From the NCBI GenBank assembly GCA_964035545.1, contig OZ037767.1:10612581-10676580 (forward strand): 64,000 bases of DNA. Direction: 5' to 3'. The notes under the pieces were generated by a model. It was not told the DNA's origin. It saw only the letters and a program-made list of their open reading frames with translations, and searched no databases. The position numbers were made by a program, and so were the translations under genes. Positions within the stretch are counted from its first letter, which is position 1. Each line of letters starts with the position of its first letter. Shown one piece after another: positions 50,957 through 63,660 of this stretch. Source of the DNA: Bugula neritina. Taxonomy: Eukaryota; Animalia; Bryozoa.

Positions 50957-52384
50957 TTTCCACACTATATTAACTCTTATAAGCCCGTCTTTTTCACACC
51001 ACAATATCATGTCAGCTGTAAGGTGACACTAAAATTTTGGTTCACACTGCACGATTTAGTTTCAAAATGTTGCATGGTATGAAATACCATAAAATGTTGC
51101 AATTTTGCAGCGAAGAATATATAAAATAGTTTGGGGTAATTATAATGACAAGTATAAAGTGTTACTATATAAGATTGATGAATTAAGAATTGGGTTTCCA
51201 GGTGAATTAGTAACCGTAGTTCCTTAAACAAGCCGATATTATTGTACAGCTGTATTAAATCAAGGAAATAATAAAATGGTGGTATCTTTAGCCTGTGAAA
51301 TAATAACTACTTATTGATTTCCCGAAAACTATAGCCCATGTCATGTTGCAAATTATGAGCCAATACAGCTATAAACTTGCAGCCGAAACTTCACTTTGGT
51401 TCCAAGGTTTATCTAAGCTTAAATACACTCTTTTTTTCTTGCTACTCCTGCTTCTGTATCAGTAGTCATTGTTCATCTACCATAAATTAAATTCCATAAT
51501 CCTTACAATATCCACACAACCATCATGTGGTTTACATCAATGAGATGATTAATAATGTTTTAAAGATCTCCACTTGGTGGTATGAATTTTTATAATTGCA
51601 GTAGAAAATGAAGGATTAGGTAAGATTATGGTATAGCAAAGAAGATCAACACAAACGGCTAGGTGACAAAAGCCTTCCCACCCAAGAAGAGTTGATTGAT
51701 TTAGTAAAATAGCCTATTACAACACAATTAGAAGTATCCAGAAAATGCTCAACTATTTTTTATGGTTTTTACACCCTGAGAACTCTATAACATCATATTA
51801 TAGAACGTATGCAAGTTGCTGGAGTGAGTGTGAGTAAATAGGACTAGCTGGTTAGAGTAAGTAAACTGACCTGGCCACAGAAAGCTATACTAATGTAGCT
51901 GCAAGTTTAATCTTCAAATTTGGGTCATATAAAATAATCCCGGCCTTTTAAAAACAACTTGTCTTCTTCAATTATAATTGGTGTACATATATTTATAGTC
52001 TCATGCATTCTATAATTAAGGAGCATTTGAATATAACCGAATCAGTTGAAATTTATGAAAAGTTGCATATATATCAAGTTTAGTACAAAATTATGATTTA
52101 CATAATTTGAACATTCTTTACTGGCTTTTTTAGCTTAGTGAGTTTCCATTCAAATTTCAAAACCTAAAGCAAACATTAACTATATTAGAAAAACTATTAC
52201 ATAAAGAAACATCCATTGCACAATATTGTTTAGCAGGGTAAACTTTGTAATCAAAATGAGTATAGAGAATTATCTAGATTTATTTATAAATATATTTTAA
52301 GAGGTTAGGGGTGCCTGAAGACTGAATGAGTAGTAGAGGGCCAGAAGGGTTCTAGAGAACTGGGTGGAATGTAGTGTTGAGAAT

Positions 52385-52460
52385 ACCCAGTAGCTCATGT
52401 GGTGCAATGGTTAGCATGCCAGTTTGCAAGCCGGAGGTCTCTAGTTCAAATCCCGGCTAA
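52385..52460 (+). mobile_element. tRNA-derived SINE head, family B
   Basis: TACCCAGTAGCTCATGTGGTGCAATGGTTAGCA...TTGCAAGCCGGAGGTC..AGTTCAAATCC; A and B boxes present, acceptor stem not paired. Confidence 0.65.
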
Positions 52461-54353
52461 TATTTAAAAAAAAACTTGGCAGTGCCATGCAGAGAATTTC
52501 CATTGTTGTAAAATGGGTTGTACAGCTCAACTGTAAAAACATATTCATGTTTGCATTCCTTTGACAAGATTGATTGTGATTTAATTTTATGCACGTGACA
52601 GAGTGTTCAGCCTAAAGTGAGCATAGAGATATTCTGAGTATAAAGGCATTTCCTGGTTGTGAGAAAACAGATTCGTCATGTCATAGTATGGAATTTCTAG
52701 TTCAATGATTACAATTGGTCATTTGATATTTATTGTTAGTCACCCTGTACCAGCTTGGTGAATTTATACAGGAAATATAAATAAAACTTTTACATAGTTT
52801 CCACTTTGTGCAAAAAGTATTACCACAATATGGGCATTTTATGATCAAATCATAGGCTATAATGATCTGGCATAATTAGCATATCATATGTGATTTGTAA
52901 CAAACATTTGAGGGGGATGCTGCATGAATCATTTATTTGTGGATAAACCTTTTAATCAGGAAACATATAATACGGTTTTTATGATGGAGTAATATATTAG
53001 ATGTTCATATTTTTAAAAGTAATTATTCATAAATTAACAAGTTGTGTAGATAGATGGTTTGGCCAGTCATCATTGCTATATAATCTAAATCTTTGGTCCA
53101 CCAACATAATTTAACAACTTGTTAAATCTGGGTGACTTAGCATATCTGTGATAAGCAGAAAAGGCAATGTTGAGGATGCTCTATGGATCTTTCAGCTTCA
53201 TACTACTTTAGCATCTGGCTTGTAATCAACCATACAAATATTCACAAGGTTCCAAGTCTAAGCTGTACCATGTATCCCACTTTCTGTTATTTTAGCAATT
53301 TATTTTTTTCCTAATTATCTGACTATCTTCTCAGTCTTCTTTTCTTCCCAAATTTTCTTTCAATTATGTGCTCTCATAATTATGACTTTGATTGTATTTT
53401 TGACTGTCAGCATAATATCATTTCAAAATGAAGTCAAGAAAACAAGCTATAATATCATCTATATAACTCACATGCAGTGTAATTTTATCGAAAATTGCTG
53501 TTATAAAGCACTTTAGATCAAGTCTATATGCACTCATTTTCTTGGCATAGTAGGCATATACAACCTAGCTGCTGTATATTGCCATATTGTTCTACTGTCA
53601 CATTATATTGTAGTAATCATTTGTTCTCCAAACCGACGTGAATGAAATACGTTATTACACGCACTGAGAATTTTGAACATATATAATAGAAACAAAGACA
53701 TCTGTTTACGTGGAACTCATTTTGTCTGTCAGAGCTATGATTAAAAGAAACGTGATATAATTATGAAGGTGTTGCCATTAATATCTTTTTGGCATCATCA
53801 GAAACACCTATAACTATCACAAGTGCTTAATCAAGTGAGTTTTGTGAATACAACTACACACTCACTATCACAGAAACTACAATTAGTTACGTAAAACTAT
53901 GAAGTATTACGTACAACAAATATTATAAACTAATTTTAAGTTTTACTAGATGCCTTGTATGAATAATCAAATTAGGAATGGCTAAATATGCTGGCATTAA
54001 ATTCATTTTTCAGTAACGGATTGGTAGCTTATTATTTATTTTATATTAATGATTTTGAATTTGTAAAGCAAATTGTCCATGCATACTAATTACGTAAATA
54101 TCGATGGCAAATTATTTTAAAACAGGCCATTTCAAAAACTGCAACAATGTATCACCCTCTCGCGTCAAGCGAGCCTGCTTAATAGACTGAAACTACCTGT
54201 CGTAAAGTAAAACATTGTGCAAACATTATATGTCCGGTTTCAGTTCATGCTTGAGTGACTTTTCATGTTCATCACATTACCTGCTACTTTTGTCAAACAA
54301 CACTAGACTGGTCAATTCACAGGAAGATGTTGTAAGAGATTGTGTACAATTGC

Positions 54354-54564
54354 GTAGTCATGGCAACCAATGCTCGTAATGCAAAGAGTAATCCCGGAAT
54401 GCGCATTAGGTGTATTAGTGTTTAATATCAGGAATAAACGCACTCAACGAATTAAATTATTTAATCATCTACTTTGTGAATAAAAAATAGAATTTTTCCG
54501 CAGGTGCTTACATCATTCCCGATTACATCACATAAGGAGAGCTACCTCTTTTTGCTATATAAAG
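54354..54564 (+). promoter_or_regulatory. Candidate Pol II promoter: X-box-like GTAGTCATGGCAAC (54354-54367) and TATA box TATATAAA (54557-54564)
   Basis: Motif matches upstream of an ATG at 54657 and a strong donor AAG|GTAAGA at 54743. Confidence 0.45.
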
Positions 54565-54656
54565 GCAGACCAAGACTAGAGAAAGCATGCACTGTTTGAA
54601 CAGCCTTATTCAACACTTGTACTTCAGCAATAGCTAAGCAACTAAAACAGGTAGAC

Positions 54657-55598
54657 ATGGGATATTTAGCTAGAGGAGGTGAAATGGCAGAGCTTGATCA
54701 TGAAAACGATCTCTTTTATTTATTTACCAAACACCAGACAAGGTAAGATTTATGTGATGCTATATATAGATACTACAGAACAAAACAAATAGGAATATTT
54801 TCACCGAATTAAAAATGTAAATCAGGCATCTGGCAGTGGAATACGGATGTATTGTGGCATTGGAAGTGCTATGTAGCTTTTCCTAACTCCAGTGTTACAA
54901 AATATTTCCAGATATTTGAATTCCTGGCCAAAACTTTAAAATTGATGCACCCCTGGTTATCTGAAAACTACCATATCCTTGATCCTGCTAGTGTCCACCC
55001 TGTACATGCACGCACACTTAGCTGGACAGGCTTAGTGCAAGCAAATTGGCATTATCTTTTTTAATTTTTCACCCAAGTAAAAAGTAAAAGGAAGTAAAAA
55101 CCAGGTGCTTTGGCAAAAAATCAGCAAAACTTTGCCATACCCAGCAAATCGATCAAAAATCTGCACAAGCACAAATTAGAGAATAAAAGCTGTTAGGTGT
55201 ACCATATTACTACCATTTTACATGTTATAATGTCCTTAAATATGGTGTCTTGACGTAATAAACACAGTTGTGTTTCCCTTTGTGTGTTGTAATTGTTATA
55301 TCATATCATTGTTATTATTATTAAAATTATTATTATTATATCCTTGTATTGTTTTCCAGTGGAAGAGTGTCACATTTTGAGACCTGCTGGAATGGTTCCA
55401 GGCATACACTGGCTCCCTTTCCTACGACTTACTCTGAGATGTGTTGCACTAACAGCACGGGTGAGTTCATATACTTCAATTAAAGGCTACACTTTCAACT
55501 AGTAAATATAAAGTTTTAGAGCTGTGTAAAATGTCTATCTTACAAAACTCTCATCTATATATTTTATAGGTAGGACAACTTCTATCACTCAGACGTAA
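54657..55598 (+). CDS. Hypothetical small spliced ORF (71 aa) or 5' exons of a longer unrecognised gene
   Basis: Exons 54657-54742, 55360-55460 and 55570-55598 with canonical GT-AG sites join in phase: MGYLARGGEMAELDHENDLFYLFTKHQTSGRVSHFETCWNGSRHTLAPFPTTYSEMCCTNSTGRTTSITQT*. No recognised domain. Confidence 0.35.
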
Positions 55599-56004
55599 AA
55601 GCACCAGAGATGAATTTAATAAGACAATCTCCTTCTCAAATACTCTGCTCGACACCTTAATCTTTTTATACCATTACAGGTGTTTTGCAATGTTTTACTA
55701 ACGTAATTGTTATAATTTAGAAAATTTTATAAAATATGATTATTGATATTATAGCAAAAGGGTTCCCGTCCAGATTCTGCCTCAAAATAATATAATTATA
55801 TTTAATATTTAATTTTAAACTCTAATTTATAACTTTTATAACATTTATGTTTTTCAACTAAACATCAAAATTTTTGTATAATGCTGTAATGCAATTATTA
55901 ATTTTCCAAATTCTACAAACTCTGTCAATGCTATTATATTATATGATTTATATTCTTTTCAATATTGTTTAGCCTAATAAACCATTGCATTTCATAAACT
56001 AATA

Positions 56005-56875
56005 TTGCTAGTTGTCAATTACTAAATACTATTTGTTAGTTGCCAGTTACCAGCTGCTAGTTGCTAGTTATTAGTTGTCAGTTGCCAGTTGCTAGTTTCT
56101 AGTTGTTAGTTGTTAGTTGCCAGTTGCCAGCTACTAGTTGCCAGCTACTAGTTGCCAGCTACTAGTTGTTAGTTACCAGTTGCTGGTTGCCAGTTGCTAG
56201 TTGCTAGTTACTAGTGGTCAGTTGCCAGCTACTAGTTGCTAGTTACTAGTTGCTGGTTGTCAGTTACTAGTTGTTAGTTGCCAGCTACTAGTTGCTAGTT
56301 ACTAGTTGCTGGTTGTCAGTTACTAGTTGTTAGTTGCCAGCTACTAGTTGCTAGTTACTAGTTGTTAGTTACCAGTTGCTGGTTGCCAGTTACTAGTTGT
56401 CAGTTGTCAGTTGCCAGCTACTAGTTGCTAGTTACTAGTTGCTGGTTGTCAGTTACTAGGTGTTAGTTGCCAGCTACTAGTTGCTAGTTACTAGTTGTTA
56501 GTTACCAGTTGCTGGTTGCCAGTTACTAGTTGTCAGTTGCCAGTTGCCAGCTACCAGTTGCTAGTTACTAGTTACCAGTTGCTGGTTGCCAGTTGCTAGT
56601 TGTCAGTTGTCAGTTGCCAGCTACTAGTTGCTAGTTACTAGTGGTCAGTTGCCAGCTACTAGTTGCTAGTTACTAGTTGCTGATTGCCAGTTACTAGATG
56701 TTAGTTACTAGTTACCAGTTGCTGGTTGCCAGTTACTAGTTGTCAGTTGCCAGCTACTAGTTGCTAGTTACTAGTTACCAGTTGTTAGTTGCCAGTTACT
56801 AGTTGTTAGTTGCCAGTTGCTAGGTGTTAGTTGCCAGTTGCTGGTTGTTAGTTGCCAGCTGCTGGTTGGTAGCTA
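56005..56875. repeat. Heptamer satellite (YAGTTRY: TAGTTGC/CAGTTGC/TAGTTAC/CAGCTAC) with higher-order repetition
   Basis: About 870 bp of 7-bp variants; blocks such as CAGCTACTAGTTGCTAGTTACTAGTTGCTGGTTGTCAGTTACTAG recur. Confidence 0.93.
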
Positions 56876-57337
56876 GCCTATTTGGCTCATGTGATGCGGC
56901 CACCAAACATATTTAGCTGTCATCAATTTAAGTGAGTGCATAGTGGCTGTTACCAATTGTTTGACAACCTTTGACAAAACTGCTATGTGCATAATTACAC
57001 TAAAATGCAAAAGGAAGTAATTTCAAAATAGGTACAAAGGCTAAGGAGCATAGAAAGTAGAATGAATTTATAACTGTTGAAAAGTAAAAACCTGCTGCAT
57101 GTGTCCGTATTACCACAACTTCTAATTATGATTAAGAATCTCTCACATAAGTAATAGAAAAAAAGTGGACACTCTGAAAAAGCAGTATGATTGTAGAAAA
57201 ACTGACCAATAATATTACATAAACAATGCGTTCAATGACTTACCACTGTAACTGCAATCACATACAGTCAACTAGGCAAAACATACAGGTTACTCCAGGA
57301 GTGCCCATAGTTCAGCAATGGTATAATTTGGAACGTA

Positions 57338-57680
57338 GCCTAGGGCCACACGGCGCGTATTTTCGCATGCGAAAATTGAAATCACAAGTAGCAAAGGTGT
57401 CCACTGTGCGCGTTGAGAAAACCTTCGCACTTGTCGCTCTGCATTTTCAACGCAAGTGCGAATCGTCTCTGTCGTCGTCACCTAATTGGCTGGTAGCTAT
57501 TCAGCGAGCCCAATTTCTTTATTTAGTGCTATATTCCAGTAAATTGCGTTTTATTGAAAGCGAGTGCGATTTAAAAATGAAAGCTTTATTTATCACGCAT
57601 CACTGACGCTACAGTGGACACCTTTGCTACTCGTGATTTTAATTTTCGCATGCGAAAATACGCACAGTGTGGCCCTAGGC
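57338..57680. mobile_element. MITE, PIF/Harbinger-type (copy 2, complete TIRs)
   Basis: Same element as 41332-41664 in the same orientation; flanks GTA/TTA. Confidence 0.92.
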
Positions 57681-57684
57681 TTAG

Positions 57685-57912
57685 TCTCTATACATACTAT
57701 GTCTACACTCTATACTCTACAGTCTACACTATATTCTTTCTACTCTATGTTATACATTCTACACTATACATTCTATACTCTATATACCCTACAGTCTACA
57801 CTTTACACTCTTTACCCTAAACTACACTCTATACTCCATACTATAATATACGCTATATATTCAATGCTATACACTCCACCCTCTACATTCTATAATCTAC
57901 ACTATGCACTAT
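57685..57912. repeat. Degenerate (CTACACT/CTATACT)n low-complexity repeat
   Basis: Direct read. Confidence 0.8.
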
Positions 57913-58368
57913 AAGCCTAAACACTTGAATTATATTGTAAACAGTTAAGTATATGCTACACTGTGATAGTGTAATAGTGTAGCATATACAAGTATACGTA
58001 TAGCGTGTATTCTACGGCATAGCACATATATACTTTGCTGCTACAGTGTAGCATATAATATTACAGAGTAGTGTACAAGGTGTGCATGTACTAAATTTTT
58101 GGTTATTATTTCCATGAAAACTAGGAAAATGACACTTATTTGTGTTGCAATGTTGGTTAACTTTTTATTATGATTGCATAGGGTATTGCATTTCAAATTT
58201 ATAAAGTATACCATCATACTGCAGCATTTTGTGGTGCTAGAAGGTACTACTATTAATTACCAGTTTATAACTATGTTTTTATTTCTAAACATATTACTCA
58301 AGATCATCAGACTTAGTTCATTACACAAAATATTTACAAAGCTCCTAAAATCCTTCAAAGCGCTATCA

Positions 58369-58670
58369 AAAACTCATGCAAGTTTATAGTCGCCATTCCT
58401 GTAAGAAAACCACTGATAGAAGGGTTTTATTTAAATTGGGCTAACGAATTATTCAGATAAACTCACGAAAGTTTATAGTCACTATCCCTGTGAGAAACCC
58501 CTGATAGAAAGGGTTTTTGTTAAAGCGGGCTAAGGACTTATTTAAATGAGGCACAGGAGCAATTATGACTGGATGCTCTTCCTAAAATCACCAATGGCCT
58601 TTGTCGGGTTCAAACCCACGACTTTGTGCTTACTAGGCAAGCGCTCTAACCCCTAGACCACAGCTGCTCC
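58369..58670 (-). mobile_element. tRNA-derived SINE, family A (full copy 58459-58670 plus tandem 3' fragment 58369-58445)
   Basis: Reverse complement closely matches 49811-50033. Confidence 0.9.
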
Positions 58671-58929
58671 CTCCTTCAATGTGCTATGACTCGAATTAAT
58701 ATACTATTGCTATCAGTTAGAAAACAATAAAATATATTTGGATTTGCAATGAGCCTATACTGTACAACAAATATGTGTAGCAAATAAAACTAAAGATGAA
58801 ATACTCATCTGAAACAGAAATTGTTCGAAAAAATTTATGTATCAAATATGTTTTTGTTCCCCTGATTGCTTTATGAAAGTTGGAAATAGTTCAAACAGTG
58901 CAAATAAATTGTAAACTGTATAGCCTACA

Positions 58930-59043
58930 TTAAAATGTAATAAAGTAGATATAGTATACTAGATGCAGCATATAATACAATTGACATAAAGTGCGTGTTG
59001 TGTGTATACATATACATGTACATATACATAGTCATATGCATAT

Positions 59044-59123
<80 letters not shown>

Positions 59124-59252
59124 ACACACACGCACACGCACACACACACACACACGCACGCACACACACACACACATGCGCACACACGCGCACACACACA
59201 CACGCACACACGCGCACACACGCGCACGCTCTCACACACAGACCAGTGCGTG

Positions 59253-59290
<38 letters not shown>

Positions 59291-60720
59291 CGTATGCATA
59301 TCACTATGTTTATGTACATGTATATGTATACACACAACACACACCTCAAGTCAATTGTAGGGGTAACGGGGGGGGGGGGCACAATGGGCCGAATTTTGAA
59401 TTTGTTGATCTCATTCGTCTGTTTTTCAAGGTACTAGTTTAATAATCTTTAGTCTAAATGCTCCACCAGTTGTCTATTATAGTTTGTTGTTTCTCTCTCA
59501 TTCACAACCTTCAGAATAACAAAATTTTCATGACGAAAAAATCGGCCCATTGTGCCCCGGTACCGGGTACAATGGGCTACTGGGTGGAACACAGCCAACA
59601 TATTAAAACTTTGCTGATTTGGTTGCATATGATCTTTATTTATTTAGTATACACAAGTAAATAAAAATACTCTTTCAGATCTACAGCATAAATCATGTTT
59701 TAGCTGTACAGTTTGTGCCACCACAGGTAGCAGGGGGAGACAAAATTAAACAGTGCACACCACTCATTTCTACAGTGCCATTATCATTACTTTTTAAAAC
59801 TAAAAATGTCTCTGATATTTCTACTTCACAGAAACTTTCATCAAAAAAAACTTTAGTAATATGTGCTACAAAACTCCAGGTGGAATTTTTCCTATGAATT
59901 GTAGCTAAGGTGGCTGAGGTTTGTGGCTGGAGTGTGGAAGTGGGGGGGGGGGGGTGGGAGAAATGAGCAAATCACAATTTATTTTAGTCAAATAGATGAA
60001 CATTTCCTCAATTATATAATGTATAATGAATACCATGACTATCCATTAGTAGCAACATCAGAGTGTTTGGTATGATGTGTAAGAAGGCAAAGCTATAACC
60101 TCACCAGATTTATATATCGGAGCAGCTTAACCTTGTAGTTTGGTACTCTTACCATGATGTCTTTGATATTTTACACAAAGGAGGTCGAAAATGGCTATAT
60201 CTATAGATTTTACAAACATTTCAACTATCTTTTTTGAGCAAACAAACTAATAACAGTGATCAGGGTGCAATGTTCAGGTGGCCCATTGTGCCTCAATAAG
60301 TGTGGCCCAAGTTGAAAATAAATGTGGCTCAAGGAAAATTTATTTTAGAACTTGCTATTATACTAGTTAAGCAATGTAGAGACAACCAATGGCAACAATA
60401 TCAGTAAAAACTAGGCTTGTTAACTTTGAGTGTAAAAAGTTATAAAGCTTTATTGACACCTTAGAAAATTTACAAAAAGTAGGTAAAAACAGTTTTTGAC
60501 TCGCCTCTTCAACATGTATGCTCCGCAAGTGTTGAAACTACAATGACTGAATAATTATATCATTACCTTTTTATTAAAAAAAATCACTACTCTAAGTCAA
60601 AAAGTTTGCTCACAATTTAGCCAGCTTTTTGCACCACTATGACCATTGTGCGCCCCACCCATTACCCTATTATATGCTGCATCTAGTATATTATATCTAT
60701 ATAACAGTATTACATTTTAA
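58930..60720. repeat. Fold-back (inverted duplication) flanking a (CA)n microsatellite; right arm split by a transposon
   Basis: Left arm 58930-~59050; right arm ~59255-59359 plus 60668-60720; centre (CA)n/(CACG)n ~59049-59240. Confidence 0.85.
59360..60667 (-). mobile_element. Internally deleted pogo/Tigger-superfamily (DDE_1) DNA transposon
   Basis: TA target duplication (59358-59359, 60668-60669) reconstructed from the uninterrupted left arm. Imperfect TIRs GGGGTAACGGGG..GGCACAATGG / CCATTGTGCGCCCCACCCATTACCC and subterminal CCCATTGTGCC repeats. Minus-strand remnants LLLMDSHGIH (~60056-60027) and LPHSSHKPQP (~59940-59911) match DDE_1 LLxLDGHxSH...LPPHTSHxLQPLD. Confidence 0.85.
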
Positions 60721-63599
60721 CGTGTGTGCGAGTGTGCTTGTATGCTTGGATGTATGTATATATGCATATATGTTTGGTTGTATGTTTGGTCATATGTTTG
60801 CATGGTTCTATACCAACAAATACTCATATATACATGTTATAAATTCATTTAATGTATCATATCATACTCTATTCAACTCCAGGTGTGAAACATTACAATA
60901 TAGGTTGCAACTATTGGCCACATGATGGAATATAACATGCTAATAAGTATTATAGTTAGATATCATAGAAGCTTTTCAAAATACGCATATAAACAAATGA
61001 ACTTTTCCTTTTGCCTAACTGCACCTATACACCTATACAGTGCAATAAAAAACTTAGAACTGTAAATTTAATGAAATTATGGTTTATAATAGTAATTTGT
61101 GGATTTATTATATGAAATCTTTTACCATTAAAAATATAGATTAATGTAGCATTTATCTGATTAATAATATCTTATTACAAGATAATTCAAATTACAAGAA
61201 AAAAACAATAAAATAATGGAATTAGACCTAATCTATGAAGAATAATAGATTTGCAGTATCATTAAAGATGCTCAGGAAAAAATATTAGAACTAATAAGTA
61301 AGCCCAATAACAACACAAAATACATAATAAAGGTATCATAATTATGGCAATAAAAATGTCTCAATGCTATACAGATAATGATATAATAAAGATCACAAAT
61401 TAAGCTAATCTGTAATAATGATAGAAAATGCTGAAGTAATACAAATAACACAATATTATAATCCTGTTTTGATGGCATTCTCCTTTGAATATGAGGAAAT
61501 GTGACTAATTAATTTCTAGAGATATAATGCCAATTCATGCAACGAACTCATATTAGCAGTCCTAATGGCTATAAATCACATTTTTTTTATTCAAATAACA
61601 AAGCAATACTTTATTTCAACACATTTAATTTCCTTTTATACTGTAGATCTGAAATCCTATTGTACACTGTTTATAAATAACTCTAATAGCAAATAATGAA
61701 ATATATTGTACAACAATGATTTAGCTATATTTTCTCAAAATATCATTTTTTGTGAAGTTTTAGTTGATTTTATTATAATAATAGGCTTATCTTCGCCTCC
61801 AACCTTGGCATGATTAGATATGGAAATCTGCTCTACATCTCTTTTTTGCAGAAAATCAGCTTTTATCTAAAGTTCTTCCAGCTGTCATTGATTCACCCAA
61901 TTAAGTTGCTAATGTTTAGTAGTTTTTTCTAGAACTGCTGTAGATGTCATACCTACTGTGATTTCACCTAGCAAATACAATCATAATAAAATATACATAT
62001 AATGCATTCTATAATGTCAATTATACTCTATTGATTATGATTTATTTCCTGACAAGTGAATAAGAATAAATGCCATTATAGTTTATATGCACACAAAAAG
62101 TTGAATTTAGGAAAAATCATAACAGGAAAAGGTTTTTCTCACAGATTCTAGAGCTTAACGTTAAGCATGATTACACATTAAATACTGAATATTAAATATT
62201 TGGTTTCTTTTGGATAATAAACAACAGGTACTATAAATGTAATAAATTAACTAACAGACTGTTTATACTTTATAAGCATATAACATTATGTTACATTAGG
62301 TTGTAAGATCTCAAATATATTAGCTTATAGATATATAACAATAGTTTACCTTTTGCTCAGGACTTTGACTATAGTTGCATAGATAAGGTAAAACATGACC
62401 AGCTGTAGCTAGTTAAAAAAGGTGTTGTTCAAAACCTAAAAATAACATGTCAAGCTATTTTAAGCACCTCCTTTAGGTGCTGTGGTTAGATAGCAGTCAA
62501 TATGAAAACATTTCATTCAATAAAACCTATATTATGTTAAAGCAAAGTTTCATATATGACATCACAAAAAGTTTTACAGTTACATCCTTTATTTCTTCTC
62601 AGAATTACCAGGCTTATTTATAGTGTTCAGCTTCCATTTAATAAATATTTCAATAAACAGCAGAAAATTACAGATGACACATTTTTAGGAATAAAATTTG
62701 GATTACAAGCCATAAATTCTTGGCACTGTTGAGCTTCCCCTACTACCTGAAGCTAAATAATTCAGGAGATATGGCTGCGTCAACGTAATATTTCCAACAT
62801 CACAACTGTAACAATTATAAAAAGTGCGGCAAGATTGCAAGTGATCTCAAATAGAGTCTAAACACCGGGTGATCAGTTTTGATGCATTATATATTTATCC
62901 TTAAACGTCTGATGCAATGCCAAAATAACAAAATTTCAATGCCATTTCGTTTCGTCAATATGCAGTTAGAGTTTGACGTTGGGCTGTAACCAATCAAAAT
63001 TAAGCACATTGTTTTCTACAGTGACATGTACATTTTTCGATAATATTTACCAATTGGTAGTAACACTTTTCTCTTAGAACATAATATAAATGTTATTGAC
63101 TAGATAAAAGCAATTTAAAGAAGAAAAATCTGTTCTTACTATATATCCCTAATAAATTTGGGCAAACTAATTTGAAAAGAGTAAATATTTAAAACTGTCT
63201 GTTTATCTTTTAGGTTTATGGTTTTCAGGTTTTTATAACTATAAACGAAAGCTAGATTTTTAAGCTAGGTTTAGTTTAAACAAGCCTAATAAGTATTTGT
63301 TAATCTTTTGAAGCTATGGAATTTCATAAACCAACAACGGCAACTAAAATAAACTAGCAGAAAAAATATTTAAGTTTTAGGACGATATCAATTGATTGGA
63401 TCTAAATTTCCAATAAGGTGAGATAGATTTTACCCAATAGCAAACTTTGAGCACATTTCTCTATCCAATAGCAACACTACTACATTTTTTGAATCAAGTA
63501 GTGCTTGATCCTGGATAAAATGTCTAACGTATGAATATTCAGCCTGAATGTTTTCAAACATGGCTGACATATCTGACGTTCGGTCATATTGTGTCGGGC

Positions 63600-63660
63600 T
63601 TTAATAGCTAGCTAGGCCTTGGGTTCGAATCCCAGAGAGGGGAATATTTTACATCGTGCT
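63600..63660 (+). mobile_element. SINE family B fragment (B box and downstream)
   Basis: GGGTTCGAATCCC..GGGGAATATTTTAC resembles the 3' part of 50855-50956(-). Confidence 0.5.

Noticed and set aside
45721-52460. Possible tRNA genes at 45.7, 50.9 and 52.4 kb
   Set aside because: A/B boxes are present but acceptor and anticodon stems do not pair, and copies share non-tRNA flanks, so they were called SINE heads; tRNAscan-SE would be decisive.
58925-59442. Long ORFs of HT/CV/VY dipeptide repeats
   Set aside because: Translations of the (CA)n and (TATATG)n microsatellites.
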